From: Dehalococcoidia bacterium
GTDB taxonomy: Bacteria > Chloroflexota > Dehalococcoidia > UBA2979
NCBI GenBank assembly: GCA_963667465.2
Contig: CAXXDN010000001.1
Coordinates: 1 to 24,000, forward strand
Direction: 5' to 3'
DNA length: 24,000 nt
Positions 12,826 to 21,378 of the stretch are shown piece by piece (within the stretch, counting starts at the first letter, position 1; every line of letters begins with the position of its first letter). The notes beneath the pieces are model-generated. The model did not search any database. It had not been told where the DNA came from and saw only the letters and a program-made list of their open reading frames with translations. The position numbers and the translations under genes were made by a program.

Positions 12826-14247
12826 CTACTCGTCAGGCAGAACGTCGTCGTCCAGAACGTCGTCCGGAACGGGAGTGGCGTAGAGGGCCTCGCGGTAGGC
12901 CTCGAAGGCGTCGTAGAAGTCATCGGCGGTGATGCCGAAGACATCCTCGAACGCGTCCTCCCAGTCCCGGGCGGACGCGAGCCGCCGGTAGTACTCGATG
13001 TAGGCGGCGGTCTCCGTGAAGCTGTCCGGCCACCCCACCTCCTGCGGCGCGAACTCCGCCTCGTCGCCGTCCAGGGCCAGGCGCCCTTCCAGCCACTCGA
13101 CGGCGAGGGCGGCGAGGCTGTAGACCGGCGCCTCACCGGCGTAGAACACCCTGATCAACTCGAGGTCGCCGATCGGCTCGGTGATGTGACTGCTGTGCTG
13201 CCAGCGGGCGTTGCGCAACTGCTCGCCCGTGATGTCCCGGACGGCGAGCCGGTAGCGGCCGCCCGCGTACGTCGCGGTGCCTTCGGTCATCCAGGCCGGC
13301 GAGCGCGTCCGCCCGGCAAGGTGGCGTTGCAGGACGTGGAAGTACTCATGCGCGAGGGTCACTGTGCGCAGCGGGTAGTCCATGACGTCGCTGCTCAGCA
13401 GGATCCGGCTGGACAGGGCTCCTGCGAAGATCTGCAGGTCAGGGTGGTACTCCACCTGGAATGGCGGAGGTTCGATCCCGTAGCGCTCCGCGAAGAACGT
13501 GACGACACTCGCCATGTCCTCCCGAAGCGATGCCTGCTCCTCCTCGGTTCGCTCACCTCCGAACTCGAACGTCGTCCCCACCAGCCCCGATTGCCACCAG
13601 CGCGCCGCACCACTCAGCTTCATCCAGAACGCGTCGCCCCGCTTCAGTTCGCGCAGCGTGTTGGCCGAGTCTTCCGCGTCCAGCCGGTACCGCTCGTACC
13701 GTTGCGTGACCGCGTTCCAGCGCTTCGCCTCGAGCAGCGAGTCGCCGAAGCGTTCGACCGACTCGGCGAACGGCTCGCCGTCGCGTCCCCCCCAGCCGAC
13801 GAGGTTCCAGCCCGCCTGAAGGGTGAGCAGTACGCCACCCTCGGGCAGCGTGAGGGTCCACTCGACGATCGAGTCGCCGCCGATGTAGAGCCACAGCCCC
13901 ATGCCGGTAGTCACGTGCCTGAGCGCGTAGCGCGGCCTGCTGGTGGGAAAGGCCCGCAGGTAGCGCTCGGCCTCGTTGTCCCACCCGTAGACGCGCTCCA
14001 ACTCCGGAATCGCATCGAACACATCGGAGACGGGACCAGCAGGCCCGAGCCAGGCGGCCATGTTCCAGCCGGGCTGCAGCTGCATCGTCAGCGTGGCCGG
14101 CGCTTCTTCCGATCCGTCCGCCGATGCAGTCGTGGATGTGGAGGCAAGGGAGGCGCCGAGCAGCGCGGCTGCGAGAAGGACGGCCAGGAAGAGCCGCAGA
14201 CGCCTCGGCAAGATGCCGCCTCCAATGCGAGAACGGGGGCCCGCCAC
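12826..14247 (-). CDS. Secreted zinc metalloprotease-like protein (HExxH) with two N-terminal beta-rich modules
   Basis: Signal peptide LRLFLAVLLAAALLGASLAS, two LxLxxGWN…W…GDAFW modules, then LAHEYFHVLQ (HExxH). TTG at 14211, with GGAGG 7 nt upstream, is the more likely start. Confidence 0.75.
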   Translation of the reverse strand: MAGPRSRIGGGILPRRLRLFLAVLLAAALLGASLASTSTTASADGSEEAPATLTMQLQPGWNMAAWLGPAGPVSDVFDAIPELERVYGWDNEAERYLRAFPTSRPRYALRHVTTGMGLWLYIGGDSIVEWTLTLPEGGVLLTLQAGWNLVGWGGRDGEPFAESVERFGDSLLEAKRWNAVTQRYERYRLDAEDSANTLRELKRGDAFWMKLSGAARWWQSGLVGTTFEFGGERTEEEQASLREDMASVVTFFAERYGIEPPPFQVEYHPDLQIFAGALSSRILLSSDVMDYPLRTVTLAHEYFHVLQRHLAGRTRSPAWMTEGTATYAGGRYRLAVRDITGEQLRNARWQHSSHITEPIGDLELIRVFYAGEAPVYSLAALAVEWLEGRLALDGDEAEFAPQEVGWPDSFTETAAYIEYYRRLASARDWEDAFEDVFGITADDFYDAFEAYREALYATPVPDDVLDDDVLPDE

Positions 14248-14401
14248 CCCGCTCCGGACCGCCGTAGGCTACCCGATGCCGTCCACTGACCGTGCGCGAA
14301 TCAGCGCGGCGCCCCCGGCCGGACGGCGCCCCGCGAAGCTCGCCACAGGCGCGGCCGGGCCTCCCATCTCGCTACGATGAGCGGACGCGACAGGGGTATC
14401 G

Positions 14402-14710
14402 ATGCGCCTGCTGCTTGCCGCCGCCCTGCTCGTCGCCGTATCCGTTCTCGCCGGCCGCGCCTCGCCGGCGGCGCCCGCCAGCCCGCTGCGCTTCCTGCAC
14501 CTCCTGCTGAACGACCCGCAGCCGCTCGCGATCTGGCGCTACAACGCCGAAGAGGAGCGCTGGATGCTGCACTTCGCCGGCGCACCCGACTGGGTGAGCA
14601 ACCCCGGGAGCTTCGATGGCGGAGACGAGCTGTGGATCCGCTTCCCCGTCGCGGAGGTTCCGGTCGCGGAGGTCCCGGTCGTTGGGGTCCCGATCGCGGA
14701 GAGCAACTGA
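14402..14710 (+). CDS. Small secreted protein with PVAEV-type C-terminal repeats
   Basis: Signal peptide MRLLLAAALLVAVSVLAG and high GC3, with AGGGG 5 nt upstream of the ATG. The core (IWRYNAEEERWMLHF…GGDELWI) resembles the module in 12826-14247. The tail is PVAEVPVAEVPVVGVPIAE, from 15-nt tandem DNA repeats. Confidence 0.6.
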   Translation: MRLLLAAALLVAVSVLAGRASPAAPASPLRFLHLLLNDPQPLAIWRYNAEEERWMLHFAGAPDWVSNPGSFDGGDELWIRFPVAEVPVAEVPVVGVPIAESN

Positions 14711-14736
14711 CATCAAGGCCCGGGAGACAAGAAGAC

Positions 14737-14756
14737 GCCCGGGCTGCAACCCGGGC
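14737..14756. terminator. Possible bidirectional hairpin between convergent genes
   Basis: gcccggg-ctgcaa-cccgggc, a 7-bp stem with no clear U-tract. Confidence 0.3.
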
Positions 14757-14787
14757 ACTCTCACGAGGCAGCCGTGCGCTCCGCCGC

Positions 14788-15759
14788 CTAGTAGTGCTCG
14801 CGGATGTAGTGGGAGGCGACGACGACGCCGTCCTGGGCGGCCCGGCGGGCGGCGCCGAGCGCGCGACCGTTCTCCTCGTCCGCCTTCGCCGCCGCCAGCA
14901 GTGTCCGGCCGTGCGCGGTCTGGGTGAGGTAGCTGATCACGTGCTGCTTCGAGACGGCGTCCGGCTGCGCCTCGAGCTGCTCCGCTACGAGGGCGATCGA
15001 CTCGGTGATATCCCGCAGCATCTCCGGGTCAACCGGCTCATCCCTGTACACGTTGTCCGCGATCGCCGTGAGCAGCACGTCAATGCGCTCGATCTCCACC
15101 TCGATGAGCCGGGCGGCGTACCGCTCCTCGTCGCCGGGTACGAGCGGACCGAGATCGGCGGGCGGCGCGACGGCCGGCTCGGCCGCGCCGCCACCGAATA
15201 CCTCGATCGCGTCGAGTTGGGGATCAACTACGTAGTCGTTGAAGAACATGCCCTTGGCCGGACTCGTCCGCGCTGCCGGCTGCGGCGCGCCGCTGTACGG
15301 AGCCGGAACGGGGATCGTGACCGTCTCCACCGGCGGGTAGTCCGCGAACGGCTCGACGATCGCAGCAGTCTGAGGCGGCGACGAATCCAGCTGGGTGGCG
15401 ACGACGAACGCGAGCACGAGCACCGCCGCCGCCGCGGCGCTGAAGACGGGCGTCAGCACGTTCCAGCGGAAGATGAAGAACGGCTTCGGATCCTCGCGCG
15501 GCGCGCTGTCGTCGACCCGCTGCGCGGCTCGCCTCGCCCCGAGGCGGTTCAGCACGTAGGTGCGCGAGCGCTCGCGATAGGACTCAAAGCGGGGCGACCG
15601 GGTTGCGGTCTGCTCGGTGTCGTAGAGCTCGGCCGCGAGCGCCGCCAGCGAGAAGAGGGTGGGATCCTCGCGCGGGTCGAGGTCTGGCTCCGCCAGCGCC
15701 TCGATCGCGTCGAGGGCCTGGGCGAATCGTTCGGCCTCCACCAGCTCGAAGTTGGTCAT
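14788..15759 (-). CDS. Single-pass membrane protein, putative anti-sigma factor
   Basis: The start overlaps the ECF sigma stop (ATGA). One TM segment (VFSAAAAAVLVLAFVVA) lies after a ~110-aa cytoplasmic N-domain. There is no zf-HC2 motif, so the assignment is by position only. Confidence 0.55.
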   Translation of the reverse strand: MTNFELVEAERFAQALDAIEALAEPDLDPREDPTLFSLAALAAELYDTEQTATRSPRFESYRERSRTYVLNRLGARRAAQRVDDSAPREDPKPFFIFRWNVLTPVFSAAAAAVLVLAFVVATQLDSSPPQTAAIVEPFADYPPVETVTIPVPAPYSGAPQPAARTSPAKGMFFNDYVVDPQLDAIEVFGGGAAEPAVAPPADLGPLVPGDEERYAARLIEVEIERIDVLLTAIADNVYRDEPVDPEMLRDITESIALVAEQLEAQPDAVSKQHVISYLTQTAHGRTLLAAAKADEENGRALGAARRAAQDGVVVASHYIREHY

Positions 15760-16379
15760 GGCTTTCTCGCCTCGCGGATCCCGGACGGTTCGGCAAGCAG
15801 TTCACGCAGGCGCTGCACGCCCTTGTGCTGCAAGACCTTCACGTTTGGCACGTGCTTCCCGAGCGCTTCCGCCGTCTCCCTGACGGAGAGGCCGGATGCA
15901 AAGCGCAGCAGGATCACGTCGCGCTGCGCCTCCGGAAGTTCTCGCACCGCCCGGAACACCTCCTCGATCGTCAGTTTCGTTTCTGTCAGCTCCTGAGGGC
16001 CGCGGCCCTCATCGCGGAGACGCTCGGCGACGAGGTCGGAGAACTCCGCCCGCCGCGGTCGCGCCGCCGCACGGCGCTGGAACGATGCCACCTCGTTGCG
16101 GGCGATGCGGAAGATCCACGCCCCGAAGGGGATGCGCTGGCCTTCCGCGCCCGGCCGCCATTCGAAGCGGTCGATCGCTCCCAGGACCTTGACGAAGATC
16201 TCCTCCGTCAGATCCTCGGCCTCGGTCTCGTCGCCGACGCGGGTGAGGCAGTAGCGATACAACCTCGCCACGTAGGCGTCGTAGAGGCGGCCCATCGCCT
16301 CACTCTCACCTGCCTTGGCACGGTCGACGAGCGACCGCTCCTCTTCAGGCGAGAGACCGAACAGTGGTGGAGATGACAT
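15756..16379 (-). CDS. ECF (group 4) sigma-70 family RNA polymerase sigma factor
   Basis: Region 2 is DLTEEIFVKV…FGAWIFRIARN. Region 4 is LPEAQRDVILLRFASGLSVRETAEALGKHVPNVKVLQHKGVQRLRELL. Confidence 0.9.
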   Translation of the reverse strand: MSSPPLFGLSPEEERSLVDRAKAGESEAMGRLYDAYVARLYRYCLTRVGDETEAEDLTEEIFVKVLGAIDRFEWRPGAEGQRIPFGAWIFRIARNEVASFQRRAAARPRRAEFSDLVAERLRDEGRGPQELTETKLTIEEVFRAVRELPEAQRDVILLRFASGLSVRETAEALGKHVPNVKVLQHKGVQRLRELLAEPSGIREARKP

Positions 16380-16570
16380 GCTGCCGCTCCGCGCGAGCCC
16401 CCGGCCGACTGGTCCCGCCGAGGCCAGCGCGTGCCGGATCAGGACCCAGTATAGCCCTCTCCGACCCGCGGGGCGGCGTTACGCCGCATTCCCACCACAT
16501 GCCTAAGAACGCTGGCGACCCACAACCGGTTAACGCAGCACTCGCCGCCCGGCAAGCCGCCGGCAGGCGT

Positions 16571-17179
16571 TCAGCCCTGCCGCAGCGCCGCCGGCAGTGC
16601 CTCCCGCGTCTCGATCGCGTGCGGGTGCAACTTGAACCCCTCGCGCTCGGAGCGCGCCGCCTCCAGCTCGAGGTAGGCGAGCGCCGCGGCCTCCAGCGAG
16701 TCCTCGGCGAGGTCAATCACGCGCTGCAGCTCCGGCCGCCGGGCCAGCTTCGCCGGCTCGATCTTGTCGGCGACGAACATCGCCCAGGCCTCGGGGCCGA
16801 ACGCCGGGTCGCCCGTCGTGTGCCAGTGGATCGCGTGCAGGACCAGCTCGTCGTCTACACCAAAGCGCTCCGCGAGCTCGAGCGCGCCGAGCGGCCCGTG
16901 CAGCAGCACCGGCCGCACCCGCTCGACCGGCAACGGCTCGAGGCCGCGCGCCTCCGCGCGCGCCAGCCATTCTGCGTCCGTGAGCGCGCGCAGCAGGTCG
17001 TGCCCCTGTGCGGCGAGCAGCGTGCGGCCCACGTCCGCGCCGTGCCGGCGCGCCAGCGGTTCGGCCGCCGCGACGACCCGATCGATGTGCGCGAGCATCG
17101 CGGGCGGCACTTCCGCGGCCATGCGTGCGCGCAGCGCCCGCGTCTCCGCCGTGCCGGCCGCTGGCTCGCCTTCGCGCAT
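16571..17179 (-). CDS. yqeK: HD-domain hydrolase, YqeK-like (bis(5'-nucleosyl)-tetraphosphatase family)
   Basis: H…HD (AAQGHDLLRA), AIHWHTTG and FVADKIEP match the YqeK HD-phosphohydrolase pattern. 202 aa. Confidence 0.7.
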   Translation of the reverse strand: MREGEPAAGTAETRALRARMAAEVPPAMLAHIDRVVAAAEPLARRHGADVGRTLLAAQGHDLLRALTDAEWLARAEARGLEPLPVERVRPVLLHGPLGALELAERFGVDDELVLHAIHWHTTGDPAFGPEAWAMFVADKIEPAKLARRPELQRVIDLAEDSLEAAALAYLELEAARSEREGFKLHPHAIETREALPAALRQG

Positions 17180-17211
17180 CGTGGGTTCGATTCCGGCGCG
17201 ACGCCCGGGCG

Positions 17212-18042
17212 CTACTGCGGGTAGCCGGCCATGCGGCGCAGGCGCTCGATGCGCTGCTCCATCGGCGGGTGCGTGGAGAAGAGGCCTCGGACGCTGCTCC
17301 CGCCCAGCGGATTCACGATGTAGAGGTGCGCCGTCGATTCGGAGACCTCGCGCGGCATCAACTGGGCGCCCTGCTCGAGCTTCGCCAGCGCCGAGGCGAG
17401 CGCGAGCGGGTCGCCGACGTAGTTCGCGCCGTCCGTGTCGGCCTGATACTCACGCGAGCGGCTGATCGCGAGTTGAATGAGCGAGGCCGCGATCGGTGCA
17501 AGCAGCGCCGCGACCAGGGCCAGCATGCCGCCTCCGTCGCGCCGTCCCCCGAACCAGAGCGCGAAGAACGAGAGGAACGAGATCGCCGAGGCCACCGTCG
17601 CGACGACCGAGGACGTGAGGATGTCCCGGTTGGCGACGTGGGCGATCTCGTGGCCGATCACGCCTCGCAGCTCGCGGTCGGTGAGCAGCCGGCGGATGCC
17701 GGTGGTGACGGCGACGGCGGCGTGCTTCGGGCTGCGGCCGGTGGCGAAGGCGTTGGGCTGCGGCGAGTCCATGATGTAGACGCGCGGCATCGGCAGTCCG
17801 GCCCCGTTCGCGACCTGCTCGATCATGCGGAACAGGTCCGGGTCGTCCTCGTAGCCGATCTCCTGCGCCTTCGAGGTCTTGAGCACGATGTCGGCAGAGA
17901 ACCAGTAGGAGCTCACGTTCATCGCGAGCGCGACCACGAGCGCGATGATCAGGCCGCCGAGCCCGCCGACGCCAAACCCGATCAGCATCAGCAACCCGTT
18001 GATCGCGGCCAGCAACACCACCGTCTTGAAGTTCTGCATCAC
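17212..18042 (-). CDS. htpX: M48-family zinc metalloprotease HtpX
   Basis: N-terminal TM pair, HEIAHVANRD zinc motif, a second TM pair, and the C-terminal …FSTHPPMEQRIERL. The ATG at 18039 probably is the true start, as the ORF track starts one codon earlier at GTG. Confidence 0.9.
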   Translation of the reverse strand: MMQNFKTVVLLAAINGLLMLIGFGVGGLGGLIIALVVALAMNVSSYWFSADIVLKTSKAQEIGYEDDPDLFRMIEQVANGAGLPMPRVYIMDSPQPNAFATGRSPKHAAVAVTTGIRRLLTDRELRGVIGHEIAHVANRDILTSSVVATVASAISFLSFFALWFGGRRDGGGMLALVAALLAPIAASLIQLAISRSREYQADTDGANYVGDPLALASALAKLEQGAQLMPREVSESTAHLYIVNPLGGSSVRGLFSTHPPMEQRIERLRRMAGYPQ

Positions 18043-18164
18043 CCAGTCCCGGTCTCTGGAATCCCGCCTGCGAGGCGTTGCAACACGCCTCGGATCGATC
18101 TTATTCGATCACGGGCTGCGGGGGTGAGGATCTGCAGTATTGGATGCAACTCACGAGGGCTCGC

Positions 18165-18330
18165 GCAGCGGTTGCTCGCGGGGGGCTGCGCCCCCCACAC
18201 CCCTATCCCGGACGAGCGTGCGCTGCGCGCCGCTCTGGCCCACCCACCCGCCCTCGGATGTTCTTTCTGTGGGGGGCTGCGCCCCCCACGCCCCCACCCG
18301 GAGTTCCGAGGGCGCACCCTCACGCCGAGG
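18165..18330. repeat. Family 2 REP/MITE-like unit(s)
   Basis: Hairpins are at about 18178-18198 and at 18269-18289 (gtggggggctgcgccccccac). 18200-18330 is colinear with 9071-9155 and with the reverse complement of 9290-9400. Confidence 0.55.
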
Positions 18331-18584
18331 GCGAGCCGACGCTCTCTCCGCGGTGAGAGGGCGGGGATGAGGGCGCTCGCTTGGCCGCAGAGAACGCAGG
18401 TGGGCGAGGGTGAGCGCATCTCGCCTGCCAGATCGAACTCCTCGGCGGGCATGAAGAGGGCGACCGCTATGGGGCCGCCCCAACCGGCCTCAAGGGCCGG
18501 GGAGTCGTACGAGCATCTTCACACAACCTGTCAGACGTGACAAGCGATCATGGCACTCCGATGAGTCGCGCCTCCATCCAACGA

Positions 18585-18612
18585 AACGGGCCGCCCTCGC
18601 AGGCGGCCCGTT
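18585..18612 (-). terminator. Rho-independent terminator after the acyl-CoA dehydrogenase pair
   Basis: Perfect 11-bp stem aacgggccgcc / ggcggcccgtt with a 6-nt loop, 24 nt beyond the 18636 stop. The minus-strand RNA continues ucguugg. Confidence 0.6.
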
Positions 18613-18635
18613 GGCTGCGTAGCCCTCGAGGGCGG

Positions 18636-19745
18636 CTAGATGCCGAGCTGGTCGGCCACCAACTCGCGGTGGTGGTCCGTGTCGCCCCAGGCCAGCTCCG
18701 CACGCTTCTGACGGCGGTAGTAGAGCTGGATCTTGTAGTCCTTCGTGAAGCCGATGCCGCCGTGGATCTGCTGGCCGTGCGCCACCACGCGACGGGTCGC
18801 CTCGGAGGTCCACGCCTTCGCCATGTTCACGGCCATCTGCGTGTCCTCCTGGTCCGTGTTGATGGACCAGGCGGCCTTGTACATGATGAAGCGCGAGCCA
18901 TCGACATCGGTGACCATGTCCGCGCACTTGTGCTGGATCGCCTGGAACGAGCCGATCGGGCGGCCGAACTGCACGCGCTCCTTGGCGTAGTCGACCGAGA
19001 TCTCGAAGTCCATCTGCGCGAGGCCCACCAGGTAGGCGCACTCGGCGACGGCGTAGCGCTGCATCACCGGCTGGAGGTGCTCCCAGCCACTGCCATCCTC
19101 GCCCAGCAGCTGGCCCTTCGCGCCGTCGAGGATCACCTCGCACTGCTTGTCGCGCGCGATCGTCAGCAGCTGGTTCACCGTCACGCCCGGCTGGTCGGTC
19201 GCCACGATCGCCAGCGTCACGCCGTTGCCCGAACGTGCGGCTACGACCATGTAGTCGGCGACGTTGGCGTCCGGGACGAACAGCTTCGTGCCGCTGATCG
19301 TGACGTCGTTGCCGTTGACGGTCGCCTCGGCCTCGATGCCCTGCTCGTCGAAGCGGGCGGACGGCTCGGTTTGGGCGAGCGTGAAGATCAGGTCGCCGGA
19401 GGCGATGCTCGGCAGGAATTCCTGCTTCTGCTCCTCGGAGCCGGCCACCAGCAGCGGCACCGCGCCGCCGAGGACGGAGGACATGAACGGGCCAGGAACC
19501 AGCGCGCGCCCGAACTCCTCGAGCAGCACGCAGAAGTCGAGGAAGTCGAAGCCGACGCCGCCGTACTCCTCGGGGATCAGCAGACCTTGCCAGCCCTGCT
19601 CGGCCATCTTCGACCAGAGCTCGGGCGAGTAGCCGCGCTCGTCCTCCTCCATGTCGCGAACGAGCTGCTCGGGGCACTCGTTTTCCAGGAAGTCACGCGC
19701 CGCGTTCTTGAGCAGTTCCTGCTGCTCCGTGAAGCCCAGGTCCAT
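18636..19745 (-). CDS. Acyl-CoA dehydrogenase family protein (369 aa)
   Basis: Full ACAD architecture, with AAGGAGG RBS 3 nt upstream. The C-terminal helix region is …QQIHGGIGFTKDYKIQLYYRR…. Confidence 0.9.
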   Translation of the reverse strand: MDLGFTEQQELLKNAARDFLENECPEQLVRDMEEDERGYSPELWSKMAEQGWQGLLIPEEYGGVGFDFLDFCVLLEEFGRALVPGPFMSSVLGGAVPLLVAGSEEQKQEFLPSIASGDLIFTLAQTEPSARFDEQGIEAEATVNGNDVTISGTKLFVPDANVADYMVVAARSGNGVTLAIVATDQPGVTVNQLLTIARDKQCEVILDGAKGQLLGEDGSGWEHLQPVMQRYAVAECAYLVGLAQMDFEISVDYAKERVQFGRPIGSFQAIQHKCADMVTDVDGSRFIMYKAAWSINTDQEDTQMAVNMAKAWTSEATRRVVAHGQQIHGGIGFTKDYKIQLYYRRQKRAELAWGDTDHHRELVADQLGI

Positions 19746-19855
19746 GTCGTCCTCCTTTTGCCCGCGCGCCTCCCGGCGCTTGGGCCGCGGCGTGCCGCCG
19801 GCTTGTCTCCTCTACGGTTTCCCCGGTGTCCCGGGTGTCCGTGTCTTCGCTGTCC

Positions 19856-21082
19856 CTAGCCGCGCGGCAGGCCGAGCCCGCGCGTGGCGATGATGTTGCG
19901 CTGAATCTCCGAGCTGCCGCCCGCGATCGTCGAGGGGATCGCGCGCACGTAGCCGTGCGTGAACTGCGATCGCATCGGCGCGTACGCCGAGTCCTTGCCC
20001 CAGACGTTGCCGTAGAGCCCCAGCGTCTTCGTGCCTGTCCGCATCACCCGCTGGTGCGTCTCCGTGCCGAACATCTTGCCCGTCGAGGCCTCGTAGTTCG
20101 GCACCACGCCCGAGGCCTGCATCGAGGCGATGCGCATCCCGAAGTTCCGCGCCACGTCGCACTCGATGTAGCGGTCCGCGATCTCGGCACGCAGCGTCGG
20201 CAGGTCGCCGGTCCGCGAGCACACCTCGCCCTCGTCGCTGCCGATGTACTCGATCAGCTCCTCGACCATGGTGCGGTCCAGGATCGCGCTGTCGATGTTG
20301 GAGCGCTCGTAGTCGAGCAGCGTCATGCCGACGTACCAGCCGCGGTTCTCCTCGCCGAGGCGGTTGGAGACGGGCGCGCGCACGTCCTCGAAGAAGGTCT
20401 CGTTGAAGTGGTGGTTGAAGGTCATGTCGACGAGCGGGCGCACCTGCACGCCGGCCTCGTGGATGTCATCGATGATGATCAGCGAGATGCCGCGGTGCTT
20501 CGGCGCGTCCGGGTCGGTGCGCACGAGGATGTACATGTTGTCGGCGTTGTGCGCGTTGCTGGTCCAGATCTTCTGGCCGTTGATCACGTACTCGTCGCCG
20601 TCGCGGCGGGCGCGCGTCTGCAGCGAGGCGAGGTCCGAGCCCGCCCCCGGCTCGGAGTAGCCCTGGCACCAGGCGGTGTCACCCTCGAGGATGCCGGTCA
20701 GGTACTTCTCCTTCTGCTGCTCGTTGCCGTGCACGATCACCGTCGGGCCGATCTGGGTGACGCCCTGGCCGCCCACCGCGGGCGCCCCGGCCTCGGCCAT
20801 CTCCTGCTTGAAGATGAACTGCTCCCAGACGGTGAGGCCCGCGCCGCCGTACTCCTCGGGCCAGTTGGGCGCGACCCAGCCGTTTTCGGCGAGCGCCTTT
20901 GCCCAATCGCGGGCAGCGCCGCTCTCCTCGGGATCGTCGCTCGCGCGATGCGCCTGCCAGCCGCCGTCGAGGCCGCTGCGAGTGGCGTGCAGCGCGCGGT
21001 AGAAGTCGGGTAGTCGTTCGCCGACAAACTCGCGCACCTGCGTGCGGAAGGATGCCTGTTCGGCGGAGTCGCCCCAGTCCAT
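19856..21082 (-). CDS. Acyl-CoA dehydrogenase family protein (408 aa)
   Basis: ATG 21082 with AGGAGG 6 nt upstream; the longer 466-aa ORF has no support. Motifs: [37 protein letters not shown]. Confidence 0.9.
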   Translation of the reverse strand: MDWGDSAEQASFRTQVREFVGERLPDFYRALHATRSGLDGGWQAHRASDDPEESGAARDWAKALAENGWVAPNWPEEYGGAGLTVWEQFIFKQEMAEAGAPAVGGQGVTQIGPTVIVHGNEQQKEKYLTGILEGDTAWCQGYSEPGAGSDLASLQTRARRDGDEYVINGQKIWTSNAHNADNMYILVRTDPDAPKHRGISLIIIDDIHEAGVQVRPLVDMTFNHHFNETFFEDVRAPVSNRLGEENRGWYVGMTLLDYERSNIDSAILDRTMVEELIEYIGSDEGEVCSRTGDLPTLRAEIADRYIECDVARNFGMRIASMQASGVVPNYEASTGKMFGTETHQRVMRTGTKTLGLYGNVWGKDSAYAPMRSQFTHGYVRAIPSTIAGGSSEIQRNIIATRGLGLPRG

Positions 21083-21378
21083 GCTCGCCTCCTGCCTCGT
21101 CGCTCGCGCACGTGCTCCGCACCCGGCCCCGCGGCCAGACACGCCGGCCGGATCGATCGAGGTGGATGGAGCCGCGAACGACACACCGAGCCGCCGCTTG
21201 CTCGGCGGCGCGATTATGGATTTCGCCGGATCAGCCGTCAACCGAGCGGCCCGCACCCCGCCGGGCCGGATCGGGCTGCGGAGGTATCATACCCGCATCC
21301 CAACTATCATTCGCCGACCGGCGATTCGGGGCAGCGCGCACGCATCGCGAGACGCGCCCCCGCGGTGGGGACGGCGGC

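Noticed and set aside
7990-14247. Complete prophage
   Set aside because: Only the terminase, the portal and a few small genes are present. There are no integrase, capsid, tail or lysis enzyme genes and no recognisable att direct repeats, and the portal is followed directly by a convergent cellular gene.
14377-15996. 539-aa plus-strand ORF across the anti-sigma/sigma region
   Set aside because: It is antisense to the ECF sigma factor and its coupled partner. Its composition is Arg-rich and of low complexity.
17183-17194. GGGTTCGATTCC, the classic tRNA T-arm motif, between yqeK and htpX (possible tRNA or att remnant)
   Set aside because: The flanking bases do not form a T-stem (gtggg/ccggc has a mismatch), no acceptor, D or anticodon arms can be drawn, and the motif lies just 4 nt upstream of the yqeK start codon.
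18490-19859. 395-aa (minus) and 440-aa (plus) ORFs overlapping the 369-aa acyl-CoA dehydrogenase
   Set aside because: These are alternative frames of a clearly recognisable ACAD gene, and only the 18636-19745 frame has ACAD motifs and an AAGGAGG RBS.
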